32,000 nt of DNA from Acaryochloris marina S15 (GCF_018336915.1 NZ_CP064925.1:90001-122000); one strand, 5' to 3'. Counted from the stretch's first letter, positions 15,118 to 24,061 are shown. Notes: generated from the letters alone by a model not told the origin. Numbers and translations: made by a program.

Positions 15118-18100
15118 ATGACTACTGCAACCGTCCTACAGCCAATTCCCTTCAGTACTGATAGGCCGATTATCTTCAATGTTGAGCTTGAAGAAATCGA
15201 CCTAGATCCATCCTTCCCCTACACTGGCTTTTTGTCCGTCACCCAACATTGGCATCATCCGCTCGAAGTGGAGCTGTGGCCGCAACCGGAGGGGATGAGT
15301 GAGCCTGAGCTATTGTCTCAAGGCTTCTACAAGACCAATATTGTCTTGAGCGGCGCAAGGCTGTATGTCCATCACACTCAAGTCGCTGAATTTGTCGAAG
15401 CTCAAGACCTGTTTGACCATTCCAACCCTAACCCAGAGGCTAAGACCGTACACTACACCGCTCCCTTTGAGATGCGGACATTGACGCCAGAGATATTCTT
15501 GTCATTCTTCGGTAATGAGAAGCCTAAGCCATCCAGCTCCAAGGCAATCCACCCGCTTCTGGTAGAGCCATCCAAGCAAATCCTAGAGAGGGTCGAAAGA
15601 CTTGATCATTTGCGCGAGTCAGGCTTTTTAGCCGAAGTCTTCAGACCGCACGAAGTTCTGAGGGTCTCTCTTTCCCACCTCGACCATACGCAGTTGCCGT
15701 GCTGCCTGGAGGTCGAGGCCCAGTCACCATCTCGCATCCTTATCTTTAGCGGTGAGCCATTCTTCCAACTCAATGGCATCGAGACGACAATGGATATCCC
15801 GCATCTGTGGAATGTCGTCAAGGGTTTGCAGATGTGCTTTTGGGATTTTGAATATTTCGAATCGTTTAGCAGCTTGGATATCATCTATCTGCTTTGCCGA
15901 TATTTCAATTGCATTCCTCTCTCTGGTCTTGCCAGTGGTTTTGATTCCCAGTTGGATCTGTCTGGTAATTGGGAATGGTCTTGCCTGCCGGGTGCTGATT
16001 GGGATGTCTGTGCATCCCTGGTATCAGGCGAGGTGCGGTCTGAAGCTGAGCGTATCTCACAAGGTTGGAAGATTCGTGAGAAAGGAATTGAACAGGAAGT
16101 CAATCTAGAAGTCGCTCCTGTAAACGAGTCGGGTGAGGTGCAGCGATATTTGTATCTATCCGCCGAGGGGTGGGAAGAGCTGCACTCACAACAGCCCCTC
16201 GACTTGGAGGATTTGCAGTTACTGGTGGGTGTTCGGGGTCATAAGACGACTATCGAGTATTTGACTGATCGCATTTCAATGTCAGGCTTAGAAGTTGAAA
16301 TATTGATGGACGCCGAGGCCCGCACCAAAGGTCTAGAGCCATATTGCCTGGACCCGAAAACCTTTGAAGCCTTGCCGGGGAATATTCTCATTGTCACTAG
16401 AGACGAAGGGCGTATAACAGGCTTTCCTGAAGAACGTATTGAGTGGTGCTTGTCGCTAATGTGTACCAGGGGCGATTTACCTTACCACGGCACTCGGAAG
16501 ACCACTAATTATCGTCGGGGGGAGGTTTTAGCAGCTTTCCAAGGCAGACCTCAATCGCGGCTCTCCCCGTCATCAGTCCAGATTTATCACGTCACGCACA
16601 GATATCGATATGACAAGCCCTTGGATACCTGTTTCAAAAGCGACCGTCCCCTGCAAGAGCTGAAAGAAACCCTCTATTACTTGATGGGGATTGCGGCGAT
16701 CATGCTTGAAGAAAACTTGTGCGGCCCGCTCAAGTATGATGACTTATCCAGTGAATCTATCTGCTTCTTGTTGCGGCAATACTGTGACTTCGAGCTGTGC
16801 CCCTACCAGGATGGTGCGGCTGAGATTGACCTGTACTATCTCTGGGAATTTGACGAGGATGTGCAACAAACCGATCCTGCATGGGATCTGGAGCTACATC
16901 AAAAGTATGGTCGAGCTGGGGTGATTGACTGCATTGGGATGATGATGCGAGGGGAGATAGAGGGATGCATCGGTGAAGATCATCAGCTAAAGGTCAAGAG
17001 CAATCTTCCTAAGACAGCTCTACCTGAATCCTTGACTCCGATCAGCAATGGTGATGACTTCAAGGTTATCCAGGATTACCAATCTCGCTCTAGTGACGAG
17101 CAAGTTTTCGTAGATGAATATTTTGATGATTCTCCCGACATCAATGAGTTGGAATTCAGCGAACGGCTTATTGAGTCAAATAACCGACAAGATGAAGATC
17201 AGAAGAAAGATTTATTAGACTTTGTTGGTGCTATGGAAGAGCATATTAACGAGCTTCCCGCCAATGAGAGAAATGATTACGCCGATCAACTTGAACAGAT
17301 TAAGGCTGCTGATGCACTTCCAGAGTTAAAAGATAGAGTCAATCAGCTCTCTACCGATCTTTATGCCAAGTCTTTTGACACCATCCAGCATGACATTGCC
17401 ATGGTGACTGCTATCTCAGAGGGGGTTGTCTTAAAACAGCCAGAAAATCTCACTCAGCAGATCCAAGAGTTAGACGACACTCAAGGGAGTGCAACGCCTT
17501 CTGTTCCTGTCATCAAATCCACTCAGAATGTTTTCTGGATAACCCATGAGGCCAGCTATCTTAAAAGCAAGATGACCTGCGTCAAGACAACCAGGACGCA
17601 TACCCAAGCAAAGCTCGATGCCTACTACATAATCTATGAAGGCTATGATCATTACGAGATTAATGATGTTGAGCCACTGCCAGAATCTGTCTGTCACCTA
17701 CTGGTCAAATTCTTTGGCTATGAGATTTGTGAGTACGATAATTCAGCGATAGAGATAGACCTTCTCTACATTTGGCAAGGGCCAAGAGATCCTGATATTA
17801 AGGTAGGCAATAAGAGCTGGTATCTGTGGCTGAATCTGTCCCGATTTCGATGGGGCTTTTATCCCGAATTGATGGCAATCATGGAAGGTCGCCTCAATGT
17901 CGATAGACTGCCTCAATACCCTTGGAGTTCACAGCACGAGTCCGTCACTGGATGGGACTGTGGTGAGTACGTCATTGAAGTGCCGTTTTGCTCTTTCAAT
18001 AGCGAGTCGGAGGCTGGGAAGTTTGGGGAGTCCTGCTACGCCCTTGCTCCCTATGAAGAATATTGCAACCTTCTCAAGCTCCTCTACATCGATCCATACG

Positions 18101-18306
18101 GTGGTGAAGAGCGTACCCCTATTCGCAAGGATGAGGTTCAGGTCTTTCTCAGTTCATCCGTTTTTGATGCCAGGTCTGGAGATCTGCGTGATCGCGATGA
18201 ATGGGAGCTTGTCTCACTAGATGTATGGGACACCCCTAACCTCGTTATTGGCGCTCAACTTTATTGTCAAGGTCGGGAAATCAAAGGGGTGAGCCATGAA
18301 AACTAA
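15118..18306 (+). CDS. large hypothetical protein (1062 aa) with a triplicated Cys/aromatic-rich module
   Basis: The ATG at 15118 has GGAGG 8 nt upstream. Modules: ICFLLRQYCDFELCPYQDGAAEIDLYYLWEF (about 16759-16853), VCHLLVKFFGYEICEYDNSAIEIDLLYIWQG (about 17688-17780), and a weaker IIYLLCRYFNCIPLSG (about 15880-15930). Confidence 0.6.
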   Translation: MTTATVLQPIPFSTDRPIIFNVELEEIDLDPSFPYTGFLSVTQHWHHPLEVELWPQPEGMSEPELLSQGFYKTNIVLSGARLYVHHTQVAEFVEAQDLFDHSNPNPEAKTVHYTAPFEMRTLTPEIFLSFFGNEKPKPSSSKAIHPLLVEPSKQILERVERLDHLRESGFLAEVFRPHEVLRVSLSHLDHTQLPCCLEVEAQSPSRILIFSGEPFFQLNGIETTMDIPHLWNVVKGLQMCFWDFEYFESFSSLDIIYLLCRYFNCIPLSGLASGFDSQLDLSGNWEWSCLPGADWDVCASLVSGEVRSEAERISQGWKIREKGIEQEVNLEVAPVNESGEVQRYLYLSAEGWEELHSQQPLDLEDLQLLVGVRGHKTTIEYLTDRISMSGLEVEILMDAEARTKGLEPYCLDPKTFEALPGNILIVTRDEGRITGFPEERIEWCLSLMCTRGDLPYHGTRKTTNYRRGEVLAAFQGRPQSRLSPSSVQIYHVTHRYRYDKPLDTCFKSDRPLQELKETLYYLMGIAAIMLEENLCGPLKYDDLSSESICFLLRQYCDFELCPYQDGAAEIDLYYLWEFDEDVQQTDPAWDLELHQKYGRAGVIDCIGMMMRGEIEGCIGEDHQLKVKSNLPKTALPESLTPISNGDDFKVIQDYQSRSSDEQVFVDEYFDDSPDINELEFSERLIESNNRQDEDQKKDLLDFVGAMEEHINELPANERNDYADQLEQIKAADALPELKDRVNQLSTDLYAKSFDTIQHDIAMVTAISEGVVLKQPENLTQQIQELDDTQGSATPSVPVIKSTQNVFWITHEASYLKSKMTCVKTTRTHTQAKLDAYYIIYEGYDHYEINDVEPLPESVCHLLVKFFGYEICEYDNSAIEIDLLYIWQGPRDPDIKVGNKSWYLWLNLSRFRWGFYPELMAIMEGRLNVDRLPQYPWSSQHESVTGWDCGEYVIEVPFCSFNSESEAGKFGESCYALAPYEEYCNLLKLLYIDPYGGEERTPIRKDEVQVFLSSSVFDARSGDLRDRDEWELVSLDVWDTPNLVIGAQLYCQGREIKGVSHEN

Positions 18307-18925
18307 TCACACCAGCCCCAGCACCCACCAGCCCCAGCAGATAGACAAGGTATTGCTCCCCCACGAGGCTGCAGCGTTTCTGGGCCTGACCGAGGAACAA
18401 CTGATGAACGCCACTCTGCAAGGTAATTGCCCTGGTGCCTGCATTGATGGTCAGTGGCGGTTTAGTCAGCGAGGGTTAAGTAAGTATCTGTTGCAGCAGA
18501 GCAATCATGGGAATGGGATGCCTTGGCTTGATGAGCATTACGGTCCCTACTGGCTCGACGATGCCGTTGAGAGCAAGGCCAAAAAGGTTATTGAAGCCTA
18601 CAAGGGTGGGGAGCGGTATTTCCCTTTGCTTGAGATTGAAGGCGGCAACTTTGCGGGACTGGATCTAACGGGTATCGACTTTTGGGAGTCGAATCTGAAG
18701 GGTTCTAGCTTCAAGGGGGCAACACTCCAGAATGCCGTCTTTGTGGGCTGCAATTTGGAGTCCACCAGCTTTGCCGAGGCAGATCTGACGGATGCGGATT
18801 TCAGGTCTGCCTCAGTCAGGGGCAGTGACTTCAGGGGTGCAATCCTCAAGCGCACGATATTCAGGGTCAAGAACTGGCGAGGGGTGAACTTGGATGGGGC
18901 GCAGATCAGCCTTGCGAAGTTCTGA
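18296..18925 (+). CDS. excisionase/MerR-type HTH domain fused to pentapeptide repeats
   Basis: N-terminal LLPHEAAAFLGLTEEQL...IDGQWRFSQRGLSKYL fits the HTH_17 pattern. The C-terminus has about 15 pentapeptide units (NFAGLDLTGIDFWESNLKGSSFKGATLQNAVF...). The start overlaps the upstream stop by 11 nt. Confidence 0.65.
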   Translation: MKTNHTSPSTHQPQQIDKVLLPHEAAAFLGLTEEQLMNATLQGNCPGACIDGQWRFSQRGLSKYLLQQSNHGNGMPWLDEHYGPYWLDDAVESKAKKVIEAYKGGERYFPLLEIEGGNFAGLDLTGIDFWESNLKGSSFKGATLQNAVFVGCNLESTSFAEADLTDADFRSASVRGSDFRGAILKRTIFRVKNWRGVNLDGAQISLAKF

Positions 18926-18941
18926 GATTGTATTCATATTC

Positions 18942-18971
18942 TTACCAGCAGTAAAAAAATCATGCTGGTAA
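18942..18971 (+). terminator. stem-loop at the GC-to-AT composition boundary; possible terminator
   Basis: TTACCAGCA at 18942-18950 pairs perfectly with TGCTGGTAA at 18963-18971 across a 12-nt A-rich loop. There is no strong T-tract after the stem. Confidence 0.35.
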
Positions 18972-19024
18972 TCTAAATATGACATCGATTTTGGAGCTTG
19001 CTTGTGGTCTTGTTAGGTGTGAGG

Positions 19025-20392
19025 ATGCCATTTGCTCGTCGTACCAAGAAGATAAAGGTTCCTAACGGAGAAATTATAAAACCTGTAGAAAATGTGGAGG
19101 CAGCTGTATTAAACAAAAAAATGAAAGAGAAAGAATTGTCGTATGCAACTGTTTATGTCAAATGGAAATATATATGCCCAGAATGTGATGCTGAAGTCCG
19201 TCCGTATGCTATTAGACCAGAGTGTATAGTTAACCCTCGTTTTCGACTCAAATCACAAAATGATGACCCTCATAGAGAAAATTGCCCTATTCCAATAATT
19301 GTTGTACAGGATGATGAAGATATAGATGAAGACGCGTCGGAAGCAGATAATAGACCCCTTTGCGAATATCCGAATAGACTTCTGCTTGATTCTTTTGATG
19401 AAACTAGTCAAGATACTGAGATAACTTCTCAAAAAAGGAGCCAATATGATGATAGAGTTCAAAATAATTTAGATACTCCTAAAGATCGTATTGTTTACTC
19501 AATTCATGTGCTTGTTGAGTATTTTTTAGAATCAAAATGTCTAGAAGAAAATCTTTCTATTCATGGTGTGAAGGAAAATACTTATGGGACAGTATTTAAA
19601 CAAATAATTGACTTCGAAGATCCATCTCTGAGTAGGCCCAGAATTTACTACTCACAAGTTATTTATAAAAATGTAGGAATTTTCGATGATAGAATCGAAT
19701 TTTATTTAACTGATAATGGATTTGATCAGGAAAACCAACCTATCAAGAAGTCTATTGTTAAATTGAAAATATCTGATTGGGAAGAGCTTGATAGGCAAAA
19801 ATTTTTAGAAAAAATTGAAAGATTTAAATCTGGCTTGTATCTTAAGAACAAAAATAAAGCATCAGGAGAATCTAGATATCATACTTGGATCTTTTTCTTG
19901 GGGGTTTCTAGTAGTGAGAATAATTCTGAGTTTAGGCTTTTACGTGATAGTTGGAAACTGGTTGACCTATGTATTACGAATAAGTTAGACACACTACCCT
20001 ATTATCAAAGTTTTTATGAGTATTCTGAGTTATCTGGCAGTACTGTCGTTCCTATCTCTCAGCCAGAAGTTGAGCCTGAGCTAATCACAGAAATGCCTGA
20101 GCCAGTAGGGCCACCTGAAAATAAAGAATCGACTGATACAAGTCAAGATACTTCACCTGATGATGACGAATCTCAAGAAAGTGGACTAAGTGGTGAGAAG
20201 CAAAAAGAAATATCTGAAGCTATCAATCGTCAGATAACACCGTTTAGTCATGAGAAATCGCTTTTTGAAAAGCTTCAGAGTCTATCTGGTTTACTAGCAA
20301 TACTTTTAGTTTTATTTATAGCAGGATTAGCTATTAATGGTGTAATTGAAGAGAATAACCGAGATAATCAGCCCACTGAAGAAGTCAAATAG
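19025..20392 (+). CDS. hypothetical protein on an AT-rich island: Cys-cluster N-terminus, acidic low-complexity region, C-terminal membrane anchor
   Basis: 455 aa from the ATG at 19025. It has CPECDAEV...HRENCP (zinc-ribbon-like) and a C-terminal transmembrane segment LSGLLAILLVLFIAGLAINGVI. Codon and base composition differ clearly from the neighbours. Confidence 0.55.
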   Translation: MPFARRTKKIKVPNGEIIKPVENVEAAVLNKKMKEKELSYATVYVKWKYICPECDAEVRPYAIRPECIVNPRFRLKSQNDDPHRENCPIPIIVVQDDEDIDEDASEADNRPLCEYPNRLLLDSFDETSQDTEITSQKRSQYDDRVQNNLDTPKDRIVYSIHVLVEYFLESKCLEENLSIHGVKENTYGTVFKQIIDFEDPSLSRPRIYYSQVIYKNVGIFDDRIEFYLTDNGFDQENQPIKKSIVKLKISDWEELDRQKFLEKIERFKSGLYLKNKNKASGESRYHTWIFFLGVSSSENNSEFRLLRDSWKLVDLCITNKLDTLPYYQSFYEYSELSGSTVVPISQPEVEPELITEMPEPVGPPENKESTDTSQDTSPDDDESQESGLSGEKQKEISEAINRQITPFSHEKSLFEKLQSLSGLLAILLVLFIAGLAINGVIEENNRDNQPTEEVK

Positions 20393-20591
20393 ACTCCTTC
20401 CTCCACCCACACTCAGCACAATCCCAGTGAACCCGTCGCAGCGTGGTCTCCCTGATCGGCCTCTCGCAGTTGGGGCATCGTCCCGTGAAGATCGGATGCC
20501 AGTCCAGCAGATCTAGCTTCTGCTCGTTCGTCAGATGATTTGAGGGTGGGGCGATGGGGGTGCCGTTGTAAAAGGCATCGGCGGGAGTCAT
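20385..20591 (-). CDS. small zinc-ribbon protein (68 aa)
   Basis: CPNCERP...CAECGW forms two CxxC pairs. Its stop lies inside the last codons of the convergent AT-rich gene. Confidence 0.45.
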   Translation of the reverse strand: MTPADAFYNGTPIAPPSNHLTNEQKLDLLDWHPIFTGRCPNCERPIRETTLRRVHWDCAECGWRKESI

Positions 20592-20595
20592 GACT

Positions 20596-20775
20596 TTATC
20601 TGTTTCTTTTGTGGTCGCAAGAATCCCAAACTTCGGCCATCACTCGCACGGCTGCTTCTAGGGGTAGACGCTCCAATGTCTTTCTATGATGAAAGTTTAG
20701 GCTGATTGCTAGCTGCATCTTCAAGGCGGCAATTTCTGGAGATATATCTGATGTCTGGCTAGTGAAATTCGTCAT
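20596..20775 (-). CDS. small hypothetical protein, paralogue of 26146-26415
   Basis: Shares QLAISL.FHH..TL...PLEAAVR.M...WD.C with the 26146 ORF. ATG at 20775, or TTG at 20784. It lies 4 nt upstream of the zinc-ribbon ORF. Confidence 0.45.
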   Translation of the reverse strand: MTNFTSQTSDISPEIAALKMQLAISLNFHHRKTLERLPLEAAVRVMAEVWDSCDHKRNR

Positions 20776-20824
20776 ATAAACCAACTAATGCGTCTAGGGG
20801 AATTATTCCCTTCTTGAATGATTT

Positions 20825-20860
20825 TCATGTCTTGCCCCCGAATTTCCCCAAATTTGATTG
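20825..20860 (+). repeat. intergenic motif copy A (TCATGTCTTGCCCCCGAATTTCCCCAAATTTGATTG)
   Basis: About 29 of 36 positions match 22090-22124. GGGGAATT lies upstream at 20797-20804 and can pair with AATTTCCCC. Confidence 0.4.
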
Positions 20861-20983
20861 ATATGTTCTTAGTGGGGATTTCCTCAGAGTCCCTTTTCTC
20901 TATGATGTGGAACTTCTTAACTTTATACCCCCTGGCTGTGCTGTGCTATTGGGGGTTTTTTGCTGTCCTGGCTCTGACGAGGG

Positions 20984-21811
20984 CTAGGCCGTTCTGGCCT
21001 TTGTAGCTTGGTCACTATTTTTCTGTAATTTCTTCATGGCTTTGTTGATGATTTGTCGAATCCGTTCCCGGCTGACGCCCAACTGTTGACCAATCTCATT
21101 CAATGTCTTGGGTTCGCCATCTTCTAATCCATACCGTTGGGTAATCACATAGCGTTGTCGTTCATCTAGTAGTGACAAATAACTGGATATCTCTTCACTC
21201 TTGTTCATCAGTTCAAGACAGGTGGGTGTCGAATGTTCCGCTTCAATCAGCTCCCCCAATGTTGTGTCTTGTTGATGCCCGACCCACATATCTAAAGAGA
21301 GAACATCTTGAAGATGTTGCATGTTCTTCTTCAGTTTGTCGAGGTCAATTTCCATTGCCTTAGCAATTTCTACAAGTGTCGGTTCACGACCAAATTCCTG
21401 AGAGAGTTGTCGTCGAGTCTGTTTGATTTTGTTGCCTGTCTGCCAGTGGCATGCAGGTAGACGAATCACACGGCTATTATTCTGTATGGACCGGGTAATT
21501 CCCTGTCGAATCCACCAATAGGCATAGGTACTAAAGCGATACCCTTGTTCAGGCTCAAATTTATCAACGGCTCTACTCAATCCGATGCTGCCCTCCTGGA
21601 TCAAGTCCATGAATGGCAAGCCTCGATTCTGGTGTTTTTTAGCAATGGAGATGACCAGGCGCAGGTTGCACTCGATCATCCGTTGTTTGGCTCGGAGGTT
21701 TCCAGCTTTGGCTTGTCTGGCAAGTTGGATTTCTTCTTCGTGGGATAGAAGGGGGTAGCGACCGATTTCTTTGAGATAAGTACCCGTACTGTCCGTATGA
21801 GTGACCATCAT
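20984..21811 (-). CDS. sigma-70 family RNA polymerase sigma factor (RpoD-like, short form), paralogue 1
   Basis: [16 protein letters not shown] (region 1.2), [28 protein letters not shown] and [16 protein letters not shown] (region 2), and [18 protein letters not shown] (region 4.2). The ATGATG start has GGAGGG 4 nt upstream. Confidence 0.9.
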   Translation of the reverse strand: MMVTHTDSTGTYLKEIGRYPLLSHEEEIQLARQAKAGNLRAKQRMIECNLRLVISIAKKHQNRGLPFMDLIQEGSIGLSRAVDKFEPEQGYRFSTYAYWWIRQGITRSIQNNSRVIRLPACHWQTGNKIKQTRRQLSQEFGREPTLVEIAKAMEIDLDKLKKNMQHLQDVLSLDMWVGHQQDTTLGELIEAEHSTPTCLELMNKSEEISSYLSLLDERQRYVITQRYGLEDGEPKTLNEIGQQLGVSRERIRQIINKAMKKLQKNSDQATKARTA

Positions 21812-22089
21812 CAAACCCTCCAAACATCGTTGATAGAGGAATACCCCGAAATGCCTGGTATGGGAATGGTCTTGTGTTATTTCTTAAGAAATGAGAGAGC
21901 TGAATAACAGGAAAAAACTGATAGTGTGTTGTGGTTCCTGCCAGTCATATTTGTGAGTTAGCGTTGCGAATTGATAAGCCATACTACCTAGTCTAACGAA
22001 TTCCTAGTGTCTTTGATGGGTTAGCTCAAGTCCTTCCCGTGTCTATTTCCTGATGTTTCTGGGTTGCTGTAAATACGGGGAATTCAATC

Positions 22090-22124
22090 TCATGTTTGCT
22101 CCCCAAAATTTCCCGAAAGCATTG
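22090..22124 (+). repeat. intergenic motif copy B (TCATGTTTGCTCCCCAAAATTTCCCGAAAGCATTG)
   Basis: Similar to 20825-20860, with GGGGAATT at 22077-22084. It lies 54-100 nt upstream of the pentapeptide gene. Confidence 0.4.
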
Positions 22125-22177
22125 CTATTATTCATGAAATGGTCGTTTGGGCTTCAGAGTATTCTTGAGAACTAACG

Positions 22178-22807
22178 ATGGCTAATCAGGAACAGATAGC
22201 CTTGCTGAGTCAGGGTGTTGAAGTTTGGAATGAGTGGAGAAAAGATAACCTCAAGGTATCGATTAACCTCAGCAAAGCCAGCCTGACTGGGATGGATTTA
22301 CATGGGGCTAACCTTCATAAAGCGATCTTGATCGGGGCTAATCTCACGGGTGCTAATCTGACTCGGGCTAACCTTTGTGAAGTCAGCCTCTGGAAAGCCA
22401 ATCTTCGTGGTGCCATTCTGAGTAAAGCTAATCTTAAAGACGCCAACCTCATTGAGGCTGACTTGTGTACGGCTAGTCTCTGGAAAGCTAATCTCTATAA
22501 CGTCAACCTCTATAAAGCCGATCTCCGTGGTGCCAACCTTTGTAGAGCTTATCTTTACAAAGCTAATCTCAGTGAGACAGACCTCAGTCAGGCCAGCCTT
22601 TGTGAAGTCTACCTATGTGAAGCTAATCTCTATGAAGCGGATCTTTCTGGTGCGGATCTTGAAGGGGCTAATTTTGAGGGAGCAGATCTTCTCAATATCC
22701 GTTTTGATCCTGAAACCAATTGGTCATCAATTGGTAGTTGGGACAATGCTAGAGATATACCGCAGGAGTGGAAGGATGAGAGCAGCCAAGGAAATGGAGT
22801 TCAGTAA
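22178..22807 (+). CDS. pentapeptide-repeat protein
   Basis: About 28 consecutive A(N/D)L..-type pentapeptides (GANLHKAILIGANLTGANLTRANL...). Confidence 0.9.
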   Translation: MANQEQIALLSQGVEVWNEWRKDNLKVSINLSKASLTGMDLHGANLHKAILIGANLTGANLTRANLCEVSLWKANLRGAILSKANLKDANLIEADLCTASLWKANLYNVNLYKADLRGANLCRAYLYKANLSETDLSQASLCEVYLCEANLYEADLSGADLEGANFEGADLLNIRFDPETNWSSIGSWDNARDIPQEWKDESSQGNGVQ

Positions 22808-23076
22808 AGGTTTGATTGATCGATTGTTCTGGATGGCGGTTCTGGATTTGCTTTAGATTCAAAACTATTGACTGACTCGTTGTGATTGTAGATGTGTGCT
22901 GTCCATCCCTTGGGATCATTTATAGGGTGCGGGATTTGGCTGGAGTTGACTTTAGCGCTTGTGAGGCTTTGGTGCAAATTCCCCCTTTAGGTAGCTGCTA
23001 TTCTTCCCAGATGAGTTTGTCAATCCGATGATTGGCCTGAGAATCATCGCAAGGTACTTGGATTCCTGGATGTTAC

Positions 23077-23886
23077 CTAAGCAGATTGGGCGTACTTTTT
23101 TAATTGTTGGAAAGCCCTTTTCTCAATTTTGCGAACACCCTCCCGACTCATGCCGATTATCTTACCAATCTCTACTAGAGTTTTAGGCTGACCATCTTCC
23201 AGACCGAATCGTTGGCCAATGATGAATTGTTGCTGCTCACTCAGGTGCTCCATGAGTTTGGACAATTCATCCTTATTCATCAGATTTTCAAAGTATTTTT
23301 GGGAGGAATGATCCTTGGCAACGAGTTCGCCTAATGTGCCTCCCTGGTTTTCACTCACGAATTTATCTAAGGAGATAACCTCTTTAGGAAGTTGGAGCTG
23401 TTCCTGTATGTGAGTTGGGTCTATATCCATTGCATGAGCGACTTCAGCAAGAGATGGTTGACGCTCATATTGTTGGTTGAGTTGGTAGTAGGTATGTTTA
23501 ATTTTGCTGTTGAGCTGATTGAGGTGAATAGGTAGGCGAATCATTTTGGCCTTATTGTGCAATGCCCGTGTGATTCCTTGCCGAATCCACCAGTAGGCGT
23601 AGGTGCTGAACCGATAACCTTGCTTTAGGTCAAATTTCTCTACGGCTCGACTAAGCCCGATGTTCCCTTCCTGGATTAAGTCTAATAAAGGTAAGCCCCG
23701 ATTCTGGTGTTTCTTAGCAATAGAGATGACTAGTCGCAGGTTACACTCAATCATCCGTTGTTTAGCCCGTAGACTGCCCGCTTTCACTTGCCGAGCGAGG
23801 TTAACTTCTTCTTCAGAAGATAGAAGAGGATAGCGTCCTATCTCATTTAGATAGGAATGGAGACTGTTTTGTGTGGTGGCCATCAT
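23077..23886 (-). CDS. sigma-70 family RNA polymerase sigma factor (RpoD-like, short form), paralogue 2
   Basis: Shares an identical 27-aa run, [27 protein letters not shown], and [16 protein letters not shown] with paralogue 1. Region 4.2 differs ([18 protein letters not shown]). The ATGATG start has GAGGA upstream. Confidence 0.9.
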   Translation of the reverse strand: MMATTQNSLHSYLNEIGRYPLLSSEEEVNLARQVKAGSLRAKQRMIECNLRLVISIAKKHQNRGLPLLDLIQEGNIGLSRAVEKFDLKQGYRFSTYAYWWIRQGITRALHNKAKMIRLPIHLNQLNSKIKHTYYQLNQQYERQPSLAEVAHAMDIDPTHIQEQLQLPKEVISLDKFVSENQGGTLGELVAKDHSSQKYFENLMNKDELSKLMEHLSEQQQFIIGQRFGLEDGQPKTLVEIGKIIGMSREGVRKIEKRAFQQLKKYAQSA

Positions 23887-23984
23887 CGATCCTCACTAGC
23901 ATTGCCGTTACGAGGTCGTCCCCCCAATGCTAGCAATCAAGTGATTATCTCGTTGATACTCAGGAAAAAGATGTCGACATGAAG

Positions 23985-24018
23985 AAGCTGGCAGATGCTC
24001 AGAACTATCTGCCAGCTT
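23985..24018 (-). terminator. perfect 12-bp hairpin downstream of the HU gene
   Basis: AAGCTGGCAGAT at 23985-23996 pairs with ATCTGCCAGCTT at 24007-24018. On the minus strand it follows the HU stop by about 45 nt and is followed by a CTTCTT.. pyrimidine run. Confidence 0.5.
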
Positions 24019-24061
24019 AGTTGTTGGAATGAGGTTAAGTCTTAGCGATGTTCTTAGTTTA

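Noticed and set aside
20818-21006. 62-aa plus-strand ORF between the small paralogue and sigma paralogue 1
   Set aside because: It covers the intergenic motif and runs into the 3' end of the sigma gene. It is hydrophobic and low-complexity, with no start signal.
22178-22856. 15-nt periodic DNA repeats, plus a 134-aa alternative-frame ORF (22452-22856)
   Set aside because: The periodicity is the coding pattern of A(N/D)L.. pentapeptide repeats. The second ORF stays open only because of that repetitiveness, and it has odd composition.
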